Positions 51,848 to 64,000 of a DNA stretch of 64,000 bases are shown piece after piece (the stretch's first letter is position 1; every line of letters begins with the position of its first letter). The stretch covers positions 100,752,001 to 100,816,000 of the forward strand of contig NC_086097.1 in assembly GCF_963921235.1 (NCBI RefSeq). The letters are read 5' to 3'. The notes beneath the pieces were generated by a model that had not been told where the DNA came from, searched no databases, and saw only the letters and a program-made list of their open reading frames with translations. The position numbers and the translations under genes were made by a program. Source of the stretch: Mobula hypostoma (Eukaryota).

Positions 51848-53284
51848 TTTTTTTTTCTCTCTCTGTCCATATTTACATTCCTTTCTTGCTTTTTAACTGT
51901 TTTTAATGGAGGTCAGGTTTGAGGACGTGATTGTTTTAAGTTGTTTAACTCTACTTGATTCCTAGTTAGCCCATTGCTTTGCTTTGCTTTTTAGATTAGT
52001 TGCACAGTGGGTTTTTTTGCGGGGGGGGGGGTTGGGTTTTTTTTTCTTTTCTTTTTTGATATCTTTGAAAATTAGTATACTATTATATTACCTTGTTATT
52101 TTATATCTAAACCGCACTGTTTGTACTAATTTTATTTTGTGTATTAATATCTTTTGTAAAGTTATATTGCAACAATGTATTAGTGCCTAGATGGTTTATC
52201 TTTTGTGTACTAATTCAATAAAAAGATTTAAAAAGAAAGAATTCATTCTTCACTCTGAAATGTTCCCCGTGCCACTGGCTGCAAAACAAGCACAAAGCAT
52301 GATTGATCCACCCCCGTGCTTAACAGTTGGAGAGGTGTTCTTTTCATGAAATTCTGCACCCTTTTTTCTCCAAACATACCTTTGCTCATTGAGGCAAAAA
52401 AGTTCTATTTTAACTTCATCAGTCCACAGGACTTGTTTCCAAAATGCATCAGGCTTGTTTAGATGTTCCTTTGCAAACTTCCGACACTGAATTTTGTGGT
52501 GAGGACGCAGGAAAAGTTTTCTTCTGATGACTCTTCCATGAAGGTCATATTTGTGCAGGTGTCACTGCACAATAGAACAGTGCACCACCACTCCAGAGTC
52601 TGCTAAACCTTCCTGAAGGTCTTTTGCAGTCAAACGGGGGTTTTGATTTGCCTTTCTAGCAATCCTACGAGCAGTTCTTTCGGAAAGTTTTCTTGGTCTT
52701 CCAGACCTCAACTTGACCCCCATCATTCTGTTAACTGCCATTTCTTAATTACATTATGAATCGAGGAAACAGCTACCTGAAAACGCTTTGCTATCTTCTT
52801 ATAGCCTTCTCCTGCTTTGTGGGCATCATTTATTTTAATTTTCAGAGTGCTGAGCAGCTGCTTAGAGGAGCCCATGGCTTGCATCACCTGGCCTTTCCTA
52901 ACGATGACTGTGAACAAGCCATAGCCCTAACAAGCTAATTAAGGTCTGAGACCTTGGTAAAAGTTATCTGAGAGCTCAAATCTCTTGGGGTGCCCAAACT
53001 TTTATATGATGCTCCTTTCCTTTTTTTCCACTCTAAAATTGTACAAGACAAAAATAATACACTAATCTTGCTTAAAATGTTGAAAAGAATGTTTCATCTT
53101 TAACTTTATGACTTTTGGAGATCAATTCATCTTTTACTCACTTAACTATTCACAGTAACAGAAATTTTGACCGGGGTCCCCAAACTTTTGCATGCCACTG
53201 TATGTATTGCATTGTACTGCTGCCACAAAGTTAACGAATTTTACAACATATACTGCTGATATTAAACCTGATTCTGATTTGTAT

Positions 53285-53760
53285 TGATACAGCCATTCAG
53301 TGTGTTAGATGTTCATCAGCGACAATCTTGGCAAACTCATCAATGAATTTCTCCGCTGCATCATGTTCATCAGCAGATGTTTTATACCACAGATCTTTAA
53401 AAATTTAATACCATGCCTTTTCTTAAATTTCTTCAACCATCCTGCTGAATATTCAATTGTCAGTTCATCATGATAGATCTTTGCTTGTTTCATGATCAGC
53501 ATACTGTTAAACAGCACATGTTCACTCCAACGCTGATGAATCCACTCTTCTCATACACAAACAAGATCTTCATTTACTGCTTCATGCAGCATTTTTCTAC
53601 TGTTTATTAACTTCATTCATTACATATGTGAGGTCACTTCTCAGAACTGTCTGTGTTCTACAGTGGAGAACACCCCCAGTGCCTTGTCGAATTTTCCATT
53701 TGTCATGTCATTTTCGGATATGGGATTTGGGAATTTCGGATAAGGGGTACCGAACCTATA
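53285..53760 (-). mobile_element. Tigger/pogo DNA transposon fragment (CENP-B-type HTH)
   Basis: MLIMKQAKIYHDEL..YSAGWLKKFKKRHGIKFLKICG. TIR-like TTTCGGATAAGGGG..ACCTATA at ~53733-53760. Confidence 0.8.
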
Positions 53761-55789
53761 CAAGTCCTTCTCAGCTTATATCAGGTTCCCATTCCTGAGT
53801 CAGTTTAACAGTTCACAGATCAGAAATGTGGCTGCGAACTGAGTTCACACACAGTAGAAGAAACCTGCATCTCTGAAATAGGTGGCAAATCTATCCTGCT
53901 GGTTTACAAAATGCTCATTCGTTTTTACAGGTTGCACATGATTAAGGCATTCCTAAGCTGGAGAGAACATTACAAATTCTCAGTGTTCTCTGACATCTTT
54001 CCTAGTGCAGTGCTCATGATCATACTCTCTACTACAAATAAGTCCCTGATCACCATTTTATAAAATTTAACAATAACAAGAGTGGGTTTTTTAAGGTGTG
54101 GGGGGAGGACAATTTGCAAGAAGAGAGAAGTTTCGGCAAGGAAATCCAGAAGTCCAGGTTTATGGAATACAGTGCAGTTTTTCACCATTTCTGGAATGAC
54201 TCTAAGAATTTGAGTTAAATGGCCTATATTTCTAGAATTTATTAGATGATTCCCTTCAATTCTTACAGGATTTTCTCCACTGTAGTGCTATAGATATTCA
54301 GTCTTTATAAATTCAGAACTAAAATTGGAATATATTTAGATGTAAAGGGATTTAAAGGAAATGGGAACAGCACAGGAAGATGTAGTGAGAGAAATAATAT
54401 AGAAAAATCTTACTGAATAGAGAAGTAGGCAAGACAACAGAATGATCAACTCTGATCCTATGTATATTCTTGATGTAGAATCCTAAAAAAATGCTTCTGA
54501 GAGCATGACATGGCTGGCCTCTGAGCTGGGAGTGTTACTGATTGTGTTCAGGGTTCTACACTGAGAACTGAATCTACAATCTTAACATTAATTTACAATA
54601 ACACGCATGGTGTAAATGGGCCAAGGTTTACACAATCTCATAACAAAACATGATTATAAAAAGGCAAATGCTTAGATCACCTTTATGCCAATCTGCGATG
54701 AACAGTAAAAGCTCTGCAATGCAATTAAAAGGCTTAATTCTACATACTTAACAACACAGAGCTAGAGAAAGTACACAGCCCTTTGAGGCCATTCTGTCAC
54801 TCAGTCAGATAGTTCAGTAAAGTGATCTACACCTTAATTCCATTTCCTCATCTTTGTCCCAGACCCCAAATTTATTTTCAGTCCTACTGAAGTTCTACAA
54901 GCGTTTTTTAGTGAAGTTCTTAATTTCACTCTTCACTGTTTCCTCTCGTTCCCAAACTCTCCATCAAATGGAATGTATTCACTAAGTCTACCTTAAAATC
55001 TTTAATCATTTTAGATACCTCAACTATATTGACTTCAAACTTCTATATTCAGCAAATATGACCCAATATTTTGCAACCACAATTCTATTACCTGAACTGA
55101 AACATATTATAAATTTGTGCCATTCTCCATATTTACATTAAAACTTTATAAAATCAATGAATAAAGTAATGAATAAGGATCTGGTTTGTAATCATTGTGA
55201 TTATGTAGGTCAAATTGTGAGAACTCACTAAGCAATAATTTGCATCTTGAGGTAGGAAACTAATTCAACATGCGTGTTATTGTAAATTAATATTAAGCTC
55301 TGAAAAACAAGTTTATCTCAGGTTTCTCCAGGGAGATTATTGCCCTAGTACAAAACAAATGTGCAGTGATGTTGTTTTTGTAAACATTAGATATCAGTTG
55401 TTACATCCCTTGCAGATATACACCAGGAAACATTTCTTTTAATTTTAATACTGTGTTTTCAATATGTTCTGTGCATATTTTCCAGAGATTAGAAGGGTTA
55501 ATACAGCAATATTAACAGATTATTTAATCTTACAATCAAAGCAGGTAACAATAGAGAAATGTTTTTCTACGAATTTTACTGTTCAGAAAATATCTTAGTT
55601 TGACAGTTTCTATACTTATACCAACTAGTAAATTAAGTTACTAAATTGGTTTATTAATGTCACATGTTTTGTGGTTGCATGCAAGCAAATGGAAATGAAA
55701 GGCAGTTTTTCACTGATGACATAGTTTGAGCTCATAGGACTAGATGTTTCAATCTCTTTGATAAGCAGATCCCAACTTGGTCATAGCTT

Positions 55790-56740
55790 AGAGATCTTGA
55801 GGGGCGGCTTGGTGGATGGCTGATGCTTCCCAGGGGTCATCAGGTGGGCACGCCCCTTCTTAGATGTTTCATCAATTTAAGCCCACTACTTCTCCTTGGG
55901 GCTCAACAGTGCGACCTGCTGTCCCAGCCGCACCCCCTTCACATCTGGCCATCCATGGGTCATTTTAGGGCCTAGCTGCCGTCACTCCTCTTCATCCATA
56001 ACCAGTGGCTGCTTTGCTCAGCTGCCTCTGAGAGTTCTTTTATAGCTTGCCGCTGGATCTGGCCACGGACTCCCAATCCCTTCAGCAATCTAACCACAGA
56101 AGTAGCCACAACTCCTCTGCAGCCAATCTGTACTGGGAAAGTCTGCACCTTCCATCCACGCTTCTTAGCATCAGTGGCCATTTCAGCGTAACTCATATGT
56201 TTCCGTTCGTACACCTCGCAGACCGCATCTTCCCAGGACACTGTGAGCTCTGAGATTACTACAGCCTTCAGACTGCTGGACCACAAGACCAAGTCTGGTC
56301 TGAGGGTGGTAGTGGCCATCTCCGGGGAAATATTAGCCTTTTGTCTATGTTGACAGCCATGTTCCAGTCACAAGCAGGCTCCAGTATGCTTGACACCAAC
56401 TGTGTCACTGAGGGTGGCACTGGATGTCCTTGCCGGACAAAGGGGATTGTGGTTCTTCCAGTCATATGGGGCTAAGAGTTGATATTCAGCCTTTGCTTCT
56501 TCACAATGGATGCCAAATATCTGAGGACCTGGTTGTACCTCCATGTGTATCTTCCTTGAGTGAGGCTTACTTTGCAAGATGAGAGGATATGCTTGAGGTT
56601 TGCTGTTCTTCCACAGAATAGACAAGCTGGGTCTTCACTAAGCCACTGGTTCAGATCTTTGGGAATTGAGAGAACATCATAAACAGTTCTTATAAGGAAG
56701 CTAGTCTTCCTTCCTTTCTTTTCCCATAAATCTTTCCAGC
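55790..56740 (-). mobile_element. HERO/NeSL/R2-group non-LTR retrotransposon 3' fragment (REL endonuclease)
   Basis: TTLRPDLVLWS..ELTVSWE..ERK..Y..GW....PVQIGCRG..AAEQSSHWLWMKR. Upstream CKVSLTQGRYTWRYNQVL. Confidence 0.85.
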
Positions 56741-58826
56741 TGTCCAGTTGAAGGGCTGATCACTAGCCCATGTGAGTGAACACTACAATTGCCCTTGTTT
56801 TTAGAGCTACAGCTAAATCAATAGGTGCAGCCACCTGCACAGAGTTGTTGTTTAACAAATCCTTCTCAAAATTCATGCATCCTTTAGACAAGCAGGGTTC
56901 TGTTGAAATGTTCCCTCAATTCTGTTGTCATTCAATTCATTTTCCATTAAGTAAGACATTTAGCTGAGCTACCAACCTTCTTTGACATTAAGATCAGCTG
57001 TTTCTACCATATCTTTCCTCCCCCTTGGCCACAAAGCCAAGTTCTGTCCTAGGTCTTCACATCTTTGTCTGGATTCTATCTCATTTCTCTTCAAGACTAT
57101 CCAGGTACATTTCATTCTCAAGACTATTTTCTGCTCCCAATCCTGCTCCCCTAAATTACTGACCACCCAAGTTCCTACACTGGCTTCATGTTAATTTTTC
57201 TCCCAATTCATGTCTGAGTCAGCAATGCCTATCTGAGTAAATCTACTCTTTGTTTTTCTGTCATTGAAACTGTCAGCCACCTCCAACCTCTTTGAATGTG
57301 CTTATTTTCCTGCAGCTTTAAAAGTCTACACAATTTTTTCTGCCTTGATTTCAGGGAAATAACCCACACCATCTGGTTGTGTCATCCAACTGAGTAGCTA
57401 ATACTCTCTAATTCAGGCTATATCCTGGTAAACTTCTTCTGCAAAGCCTCCAAACCCTTTCTGTACTGCAGTGACTAGAACTACACACAATACTTCAAAT
57501 AAGCCTAACCAAAGTTTTGTGCACTGAAACATGACTTTGTGACGTTTCTACCCAATGCTGCAATTGATCATGAGGAGAGGTTAAGCAGATTGAGTTTATA
57601 CTCGCATGTTTAGACCGAGAGGTGATCTCACTGGAACATATAGAATTCTTACATGCTTGGCAGAAGGATCAAAACTGATCTTCTCCTTGGCTGATATGCA
57701 TAGAACCTGGGACTACAGGCTCAAAATAGGGGGACTGCCATTCAAGACAGATAAAAAGATATTTTATATGGTGAATTGTTGGAATTCTCCAGCAAATAGT
57801 ACCATTGCAGACTCAATTGCTTCAAGAGAGAGAATAATAAATTTTTAGATGTTTTGAAATGAATGGATCATGAATGAGTGCAAGAAAGAGGCTGTGAAAT
57901 AAAAGATCAGGCACGAGCTTTCTGAATGGCTGTGCAGGCACAGGAAGCCAAATACCTTCTTTCTACATCTCCACATTCTTAAAATGTACCAAATCCCAGG
58001 ATATCTAATGCTGTTGTGTAGCCAGCCAAGCTTCGGGACGGGTGAACTCACAACTCCAAAGGATACTACCTTGAGTCTAATGTTGGACATTCTGCAGACT
58101 GATCAGTAATAATATTATACAGATTGTTAAGTAATCTTCCCACAGATATCATGTCCTGGAGAAGTTCTCCAGATGCAACTTTCTTTATTTGCTTTTAATA
58201 AAATCTGAATTTGTAGAAAATATTGCTATTCAAAGCAAGCTCAAATGAAGAAAGATTCCTCTAGATGAAACCATGAAGTGAACAAATCAGAAACAAAAAA
58301 ACACAATGCCGTCAGTTTCTGTTGTTGACAATGTAAAGATCTCTAGGCAAGCCCTGTACCAATGCCTTCATTACAGCAGTATGAAGACATTCTTATTAAG
58401 CATCTATATATTCTTTAAAGAAGAGTTTCCAAACTGAATCTTTTCCAAGAGATTTATAGATTAATGACGAATAAATGATTTTAATTACATATGGATGTAT
58501 TTTCAATGGCACTGATCAAAGTAAATAGACATGTGGCAATTCTATTCATAGCATTACTCAAGTTTATACCCACTCCTATACTATGCATACCTTTTTTCCT
58601 TCCTGAACTTTCTTTCTCTTTGACTCACAGCTTTGTGCCTCATTTCCTTTCCTCCCTCCCCACAGCATCACTGGTCTTCCCCACGATAGATTCTCTCACT
58701 GCACTCTTCCAACAGCACCAAGTTAATGTAATGTGTTATTAAAAAGTAGAAAAGCAATTACATGTTTACGGAAAAATAATTTAATTAGACATGAATGGTA
58801 TTAGTACACTTGCGAAGGTTGCTTAC

Positions 58827-58880
58827 CTCGTATATTGTGATTCTGAAACCGTACATTACACTTCCTCGTGTTTCTTCCAC
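58827..58880 (-). CDS. Candidate 54-nt exon of an unidentified host gene
   Basis: Acceptor gtttttcttcctcag and donor GAG|gtaagc. Lies in unique sequence. Two open frames: VEETRGSVMYGFRITIYE (phase 0) or GRNTRKCNVRFQNHNIR (phase 1). Confidence 0.7.
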
Positions 58881-59989
58881 CTGAGGAAGAAAAACATTGT
58901 AACTAATGCTTCACTATAAAAAGTGTAGCCAAAAATGTCAAATTTAAAGTATGCAGTTTACCACAATATTAAATAACAACAATCCATACATGCAAACCTA
59001 GATAAGTTTCAGGCACAACAGCAATCGTCACTTCTGCCTCCTTTTGAGTAACCCGCCACTTTATCTTCACGACTTAAAGGTCTAGTTTTAGCTTTACACT
59101 CCCCAATCTTTATAAGATAGTTTCTAGCAACCCCCAGTTCCCCTTAACTCTGCTAATCAAATCGCTTTTAAGCCTTCTAGAATCTGAGGATAGAATCACA
59201 GTTGTGCAAGCTCCATTCATCATTACAATGCAAACCAGGTATTATTTTTGTTTCCAGTAATGTTCAGTAACAAGAAGTGATCTAACTAAGTTTTCCACAT
59301 TTGTAGCACAACTCCCCATTTCTAGATGTAAAAGTCCATTACTCTTTTAGATTATTTTCTTTACCTAGCCACAGTGTTTATTGATCTATGTGCATAAAAA
59401 CCCCAAGTCTCTTTGGATTCCCACTTCTCTCATTTAGAAAATGCATGGCTTTCCCTTTTTAGGTTCAAATCAGATGATCAAATGGCTTTCAGTATTTAAA
59501 TTAGCTTGGCAGTGAGGAGTCCACTCAATATTCTGACCCAAAGCCCCTAAACCTGGTCAGTAAAACCATAACATATTCTCCTACTGGCCAAGCATGTGTT
59601 TGGTGAAGTAGAGATCATTTTTAAAGGCATCTCAGTAAGACCAGAGAAGTATGTCTCAACTTCTGCTAAAAATAACCTGGGAATTACAGAATGCAGGAGT
59701 AAGACAAAATGCTTTATACAATAATGTATCTACTTTTGTTATTTATTTAGAGGACATAGCTTTTCCAACCAAAACTTGCCCGTTTTTTTTTAAATTGTTG
59801 TGTGGCAACATATTTTTATGATGGTTTATAGTTGAATGTATAGATTCCAACGTTGGGTGTGGGGGTATGCAACAGGAAACGCCCTGCTATCAACATGGCC
59901 TCAATTCCTAACCCACAAAACTGCCACGTAAGTAAGTCATTCTTAATCCTGGGGATAGCCTAAGAAGCAGCAGACAGTTGTTTTGCAAA

Positions 59990-60830
59990 TATGTAAGATG
60001 AAGGAAATACAGAACAAATTAGAGATCAAATACATTGTGGGGCAGTGAATAGAGCTTGAAAAGAAGAGGATGAAGGTGACATTGCAGCAGAGTGAGAAAT
60101 GATGCTAAATGGAAATGAGGAACTGACTAGATTGGTAAATTTAGGCAAACAGTGCCTGAATAACCTTCAATGGACTAAGAGAGAGGACTGACGAGGGGAG
60201 TGTAGTAGATGTAACTTCAAGTATCACATAAGTATTCAAATAAGAACATGACATAAATGGGATGGTGCTAACTTGTGTAAGAAATTGACTGAGAGACAAG
60301 CGGCAGAGAATAGTGTGAATGATTATTTATTTGACAAATGAAAACTCACAAAGGTCAGAGTCAGACCCTTTGTTTTCCAATTTTATAAGTAATTTAAAGG
60401 TGTGGATTCAGAGAATAAAAATTTTTACAACACCATACAAAACTTGGAAATGTAGAAAATAGACTGCTTTAAAGCAGTGTACTCCTGGAGGATGCAGGTC
60501 AAACTGTTGGAATGAGCAGGGGTATCACAAGTACATTTTAATATAAAAAAGTGCAAAGTGTACTTAAGGAGAAACAACAAAGAGAGCATATTAGCCCAAA
60601 CAGTAAAGAGTGGGGAGGGGGGGGGGGAGAAGGGAATTCAAGATAACAGGAACATAAAGGTATGTGTTTAATAATCTTTGAAGGTGACAGGACAAATTAA
60701 GTAGCCAATTGAGGAGAATAAATTGGTTTAAAATAAAGCCTAATGAAAATGATGCTAGGGTTAGGGTACAAGTTCAAGGCATGCGTATTAGAACACTACC
60801 AATGAGCATCAGGAGCAATACCAAGAGTCA
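59990..60830 (+). mobile_element. Very old CR1 RT remnant
   Basis: Residual collinear similarity (DEG..VDV, RQRIV, FNIKKCKV). Confidence 0.45.
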
Positions 60831-60916
60831 AATGAGATTAATAGTACAAAAATTCTACTTCAATATATTTTAAATTTAGAAAATGAGACAGTAAGATATG
60901 AAAATAATTGTGGTGG

Positions 60917-62335
60917 CAGTGCCTGTACCCCCCATCCCCCGAAGATTTCTGTTCTATTGTTTTAAAACATTGAATCACAGTGGATTCAAATTGGCTTTTT
61001 TGACATTGATCAACAAAAAAAGACACTTTCATGTCAAAGTGAAAACAGATCTCTACAAAGTGATCTAAATTAATTATAAATATAAAACACAAAATAATTG
61101 ATTGCATAAGTATTCACCCCTTTTAATATGACACAGCAAATCATCACTGGTGCAGCCAATTGGGTTTAGAAGTCACATAATTAGTTAAATGGAGATCTGT
61201 TTTTGGAGTCCTGTGTGCAGACAAGGTGTTTCAATTGATTGTAGCAAAAATACACCTGTATCTGGAAGGTCCAACTGCTGGCAAAAACTACACCATGAAG
61301 ACAAAAGCACACACCAAGCAACTGTGTAAAAAGGTTTTTGAAAAGCTCAAGTCAGGAGATGGATACAAGAAAATGTCCAAGTCACTGAACATCCCTCGGA
61401 GTACAGAAATGGAAAGAATTTGGCACAGCTGTAGATCTGCCTAGAGCAGACTGTCCTCAAAACTGAGTGACCATGCAAGAAGGGGATTAGTAAAGGAGGC
61501 CACCAAGAGATCTATGACAACTCTGCAAGAGTTACAAGCTTCAGTGGTTGAGATGGGAGAGACTGCGCATACAACAACTGCTGCCTGGGTTCTTCATTAG
61601 TTGCAGCTTTATGGGAGAGTAGCAAAGGGAAAGCCACTGTTGAAAAAAAAACTCTCATGAGATCTTGGCTAGAGTTTGCCAGAAGGCATGTGGGAGACTC
61701 GGAAGTCAGCTGGAAGAGGGTTCTATGATCTGATGAAACCAAAATTAAGCTTTTTGGCTATCAGACTAACACTATGTTTGGCGTAAGCCAAACACTGCAT
61801 ATCATCAAAAACACACTATCCCTGCTGTGAAGCATGGTAGTGGCTGCATCATGCTGTGGGGATGCTTCACTACAGCAGGCCCGGGAAGGATTGTGAAGGT
61901 AGAGGGTAAAATGTCTGCAGTTAACTACAGAGAAATCCTGGAGGAAACCCTGATGCAGTCTGCAAGACAACTATGAATTGGGAGAAGATCTGTTTTCCGG
62001 CAAGACAAAGGCCCCCAAGCTTAAAGCCAAAATGACACAGGAATGCCTTAAGAACAACAAAGTTAATGTCCTGGAGTGGCCAAGTCAGAGTCCAGACCTG
62101 AATTCAATTGAGAATTTGTGGTTGGACTTGAAAAGGGCTGTTCACTCATGATCCCTGTGCAATCTGACAGAGCTTGAGCAGTTTTGTAAAGAAGAATGGG
62201 GAAAAATTCCAGTGTCCAGATGTGCAAAGCTGAAAGAGACCTATCCACACAGACTCAAGGCTGTAATTGTTGCCAAAGGTATATTTACTAAATACTGACT
62301 TGAATGGGGTGAGTAATTATGCAATCAATTATTTT
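60917..62335 (+). mobile_element. Tc1 transposon, decayed, right TIR truncated
   Basis: Left TIR CAGTGCCTGTA... is the inverse of 23307-23498. Transposase MKTKAH..GDGYKKMSK (61295), [34 protein letters not shown]. Confidence 0.9.
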
Positions 62336-62339
62336 GAAT

Positions 62340-62835
62340 ATGCCACAGTCACCACTGACTTCATCAAGACCTGCATGGATAAGTGCTCACAAGAACACAT
62401 TGAGTTTTTCCAGTCCAGGAGCCTTGGATGAACTAGGAGATTCGTAGTCTGCTGAGGGCTAGACCTCTGGCATTCAGGACTGGTTATGGCTATAATTAAC
62501 TTCTGGCTGAGCAAGAATCTGGATCCACTTCAATTCGCCTATTGCCACAATATGTCCACAGTAGACACCATTTTGCAGGTTTTTCATGGAACTCTTACAT
62601 CAGGACGTTGTTGATAGACTGCAGCTCAGTGTTCAACACCATCATCCCCTCAAAACTTATCATCAGGCTCCAAGAACTAGGCTTCTGTACCTTCTGCAAA
62701 TGGATCCTCAACTTACTTATCAGGAGATCACAGTTCAGGTGGAATGGAAATGTCATCTCCTCCTCACTGACTATCAACTCAGGCATACCTCAAAGCTGTG
62801 TGCTTAGTGCCCTGCTCTATTCTCTCTATACCTGT
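62340..62835 (+). mobile_element. Rex1/Babar-type RT fragments
   Basis: LDPLQFAY; YIRTLLIDCSSVFNTIIPSKL..GIPQSCVLS.LLYSLYT. Confidence 0.75.
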
Positions 62836-63251
62836 GTGTTTACGCATTTCCTTCAAGCTCCTCTGCATTCCTTGGCCATAACTTCATGGTTCTCTCCACT
62901 GCTGCCACTCCAATAAAACATCCTTGCTGAAATCTGATACCTACTGCATCTTCTGAGCAGGGAAAGAGCTTGCCAGTGATTGTGACTATTGACACTGGAT
63001 ATTTGTGAGGTGTTCTTTGGTTGGATATAACATGCAGGTTTGTGAATGTTGGTCTGTGTGATTCAAGTTGGTACCTGATTGAGAACGAAGAGCCAAAAAT
63101 TACTGATTGCCAGTTGCTGGGTAGAGGGCAATAAATGGATGGTGGCCTGGAGCAGAGCCAATAGAAAGGTGTTAAAGGTCAAACACACCACCTACAGCCA
63201 ATGACACGGGAATGCAATATTTGAATTGGTAAGAAATGAATATAAAAGTAA

Positions 63252-63740
63252 GATAGAAACATAGAAAACCTACAGCACAATACAGGCCCTTCAGCCCACA
63301 AAGCTATGCCGAACATGTCCCTGCCTTAGAACTAGCTAGGCTTTACCGATAGCCCTCTATTTTGCTAAGCTCCATGTAGCCATCCAGGAGTCTCTTAAAA
63401 AACCCTATCGTTTCCACCTCCACCACCGCTGCCGGCAGCCCATTCCACGCACTCACCACTCTCTGCATAAAAAACTTACCCCCTACATCTCCTCTGTACC
63501 TACTGCCAGGCACCTTAAAACTATGCCCTCTCATACTAGCCATTTCAACCCTGGGGAAAAGCCTCTGACTATCTACACAACCAAAGCCTCTCATTATCTT
63601 GTACACCTCTATCAGGTCACCTCTCATCCTCCATCGCTCCAAGGAGAAAAGGCCGAGTTCACTCAACCTATTCTCATAAGGCATGCTCCCCAATCCAGGC
63701 AGCATCCTTGTAAATCTTCTCTGCACCCTTTCTATTGTTT
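63252..63740 (-). mobile_element. CR1 3' end
   Basis: QRRFTRMLPGL..RGDLIEVYKIMRG..FFMQRVVSAWN and tail (TTTCTATG)n. Confidence 0.95.
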
Positions 63741-64000
63741 CCTATGGTAGATGCTTCAAATGTGCAGGCAGCAGTAATTCAGTAGGAGAGCAACTATTGT
63801 GGATGTGAGGCGCCCCACAGACTTGTGGAGATTCGAAAAGGGACTATGAGGAACATGTGGCCAGCAGCAGGAACTACTTTTTAACTGGTATTATGTTTTC
63901 TGTTCTTTGACTGTTCATGAAAGGCCAGGAAAACTTAATTGGTGTGTGCACAGGTATTGGTTGTGCAAGTTCACGTGCTCTTCCACTGAGACAATAAAGG

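Larger units (their letters stand above)
46485..52238 (+). mobile_element. Near-full-length L1 LINE (5.75 kb)
   Basis: 13-bp TSD GAATTCATTCTTC (46472-46484, 52239-52251). ORF1 and ORF2 present. AATAAA and an A-rich tail. Confidence 0.95.
45871..53200 (-). mobile_element. Full-length Tc1 (IR/DR type) transposon, disrupted by L1
   Basis: TIRs CAGTGGCATGCAAAAGTTTGG at both ends with TA TSD and inner direct repeats at ~46070 and ~52987. Transposase MGSSKQL..GEGYKKIAKRF (from ~52875) to QQDNEPKH..SPDLNIIENLW (46165-46491). Confidence 0.95.

Noticed and set aside
53305..53517. Domesticated CENP-B/Jerky/TIGD gene
   Set aside because: Short, frameshifted, lacks the DDE domain and is next to a TIR-like end, so it is a Tigger fossil.

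Overview
This is eukaryotic DNA, almost certainly vertebrate. The repeat repertoire suggests a cartilaginous fish such as a ray or skate, but that is inference only. Most of the 64 kb is nested transposon debris: many CR1 LINEs (mostly minus strand), Rex1/Babar-type 3' fragments, Penelope-like elements (PLEs) with GIY-YIG remnants and minimal hammerhead ribozyme (HHR) motifs, a near-full-length L1 inside a Tc1 inside a Rex fragment, further Tc1, Tigger, mariner and hAT DNA transposons, a decayed Gypsy element, three LTRs of other families and a HERO-like REL fragment. Three small minus-strand candidate exons (58827-58880, 24982-25093, 13103-13142) have good splice sites and join in phase into one open frame, so the window probably lies in the giant introns of an unidentified host gene. 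The most interesting structures are a 240-bp TSD-flanked palindrome made of two opposed PLE hammerhead motifs, an intact minimal hammerhead on the putative host sense strand, and an unclassified (GA)n-tailed 506-bp insertion. I found no intact autonomous gene, tRNA, rRNA or CRISPR array, and nothing I can show to be a new biological system.
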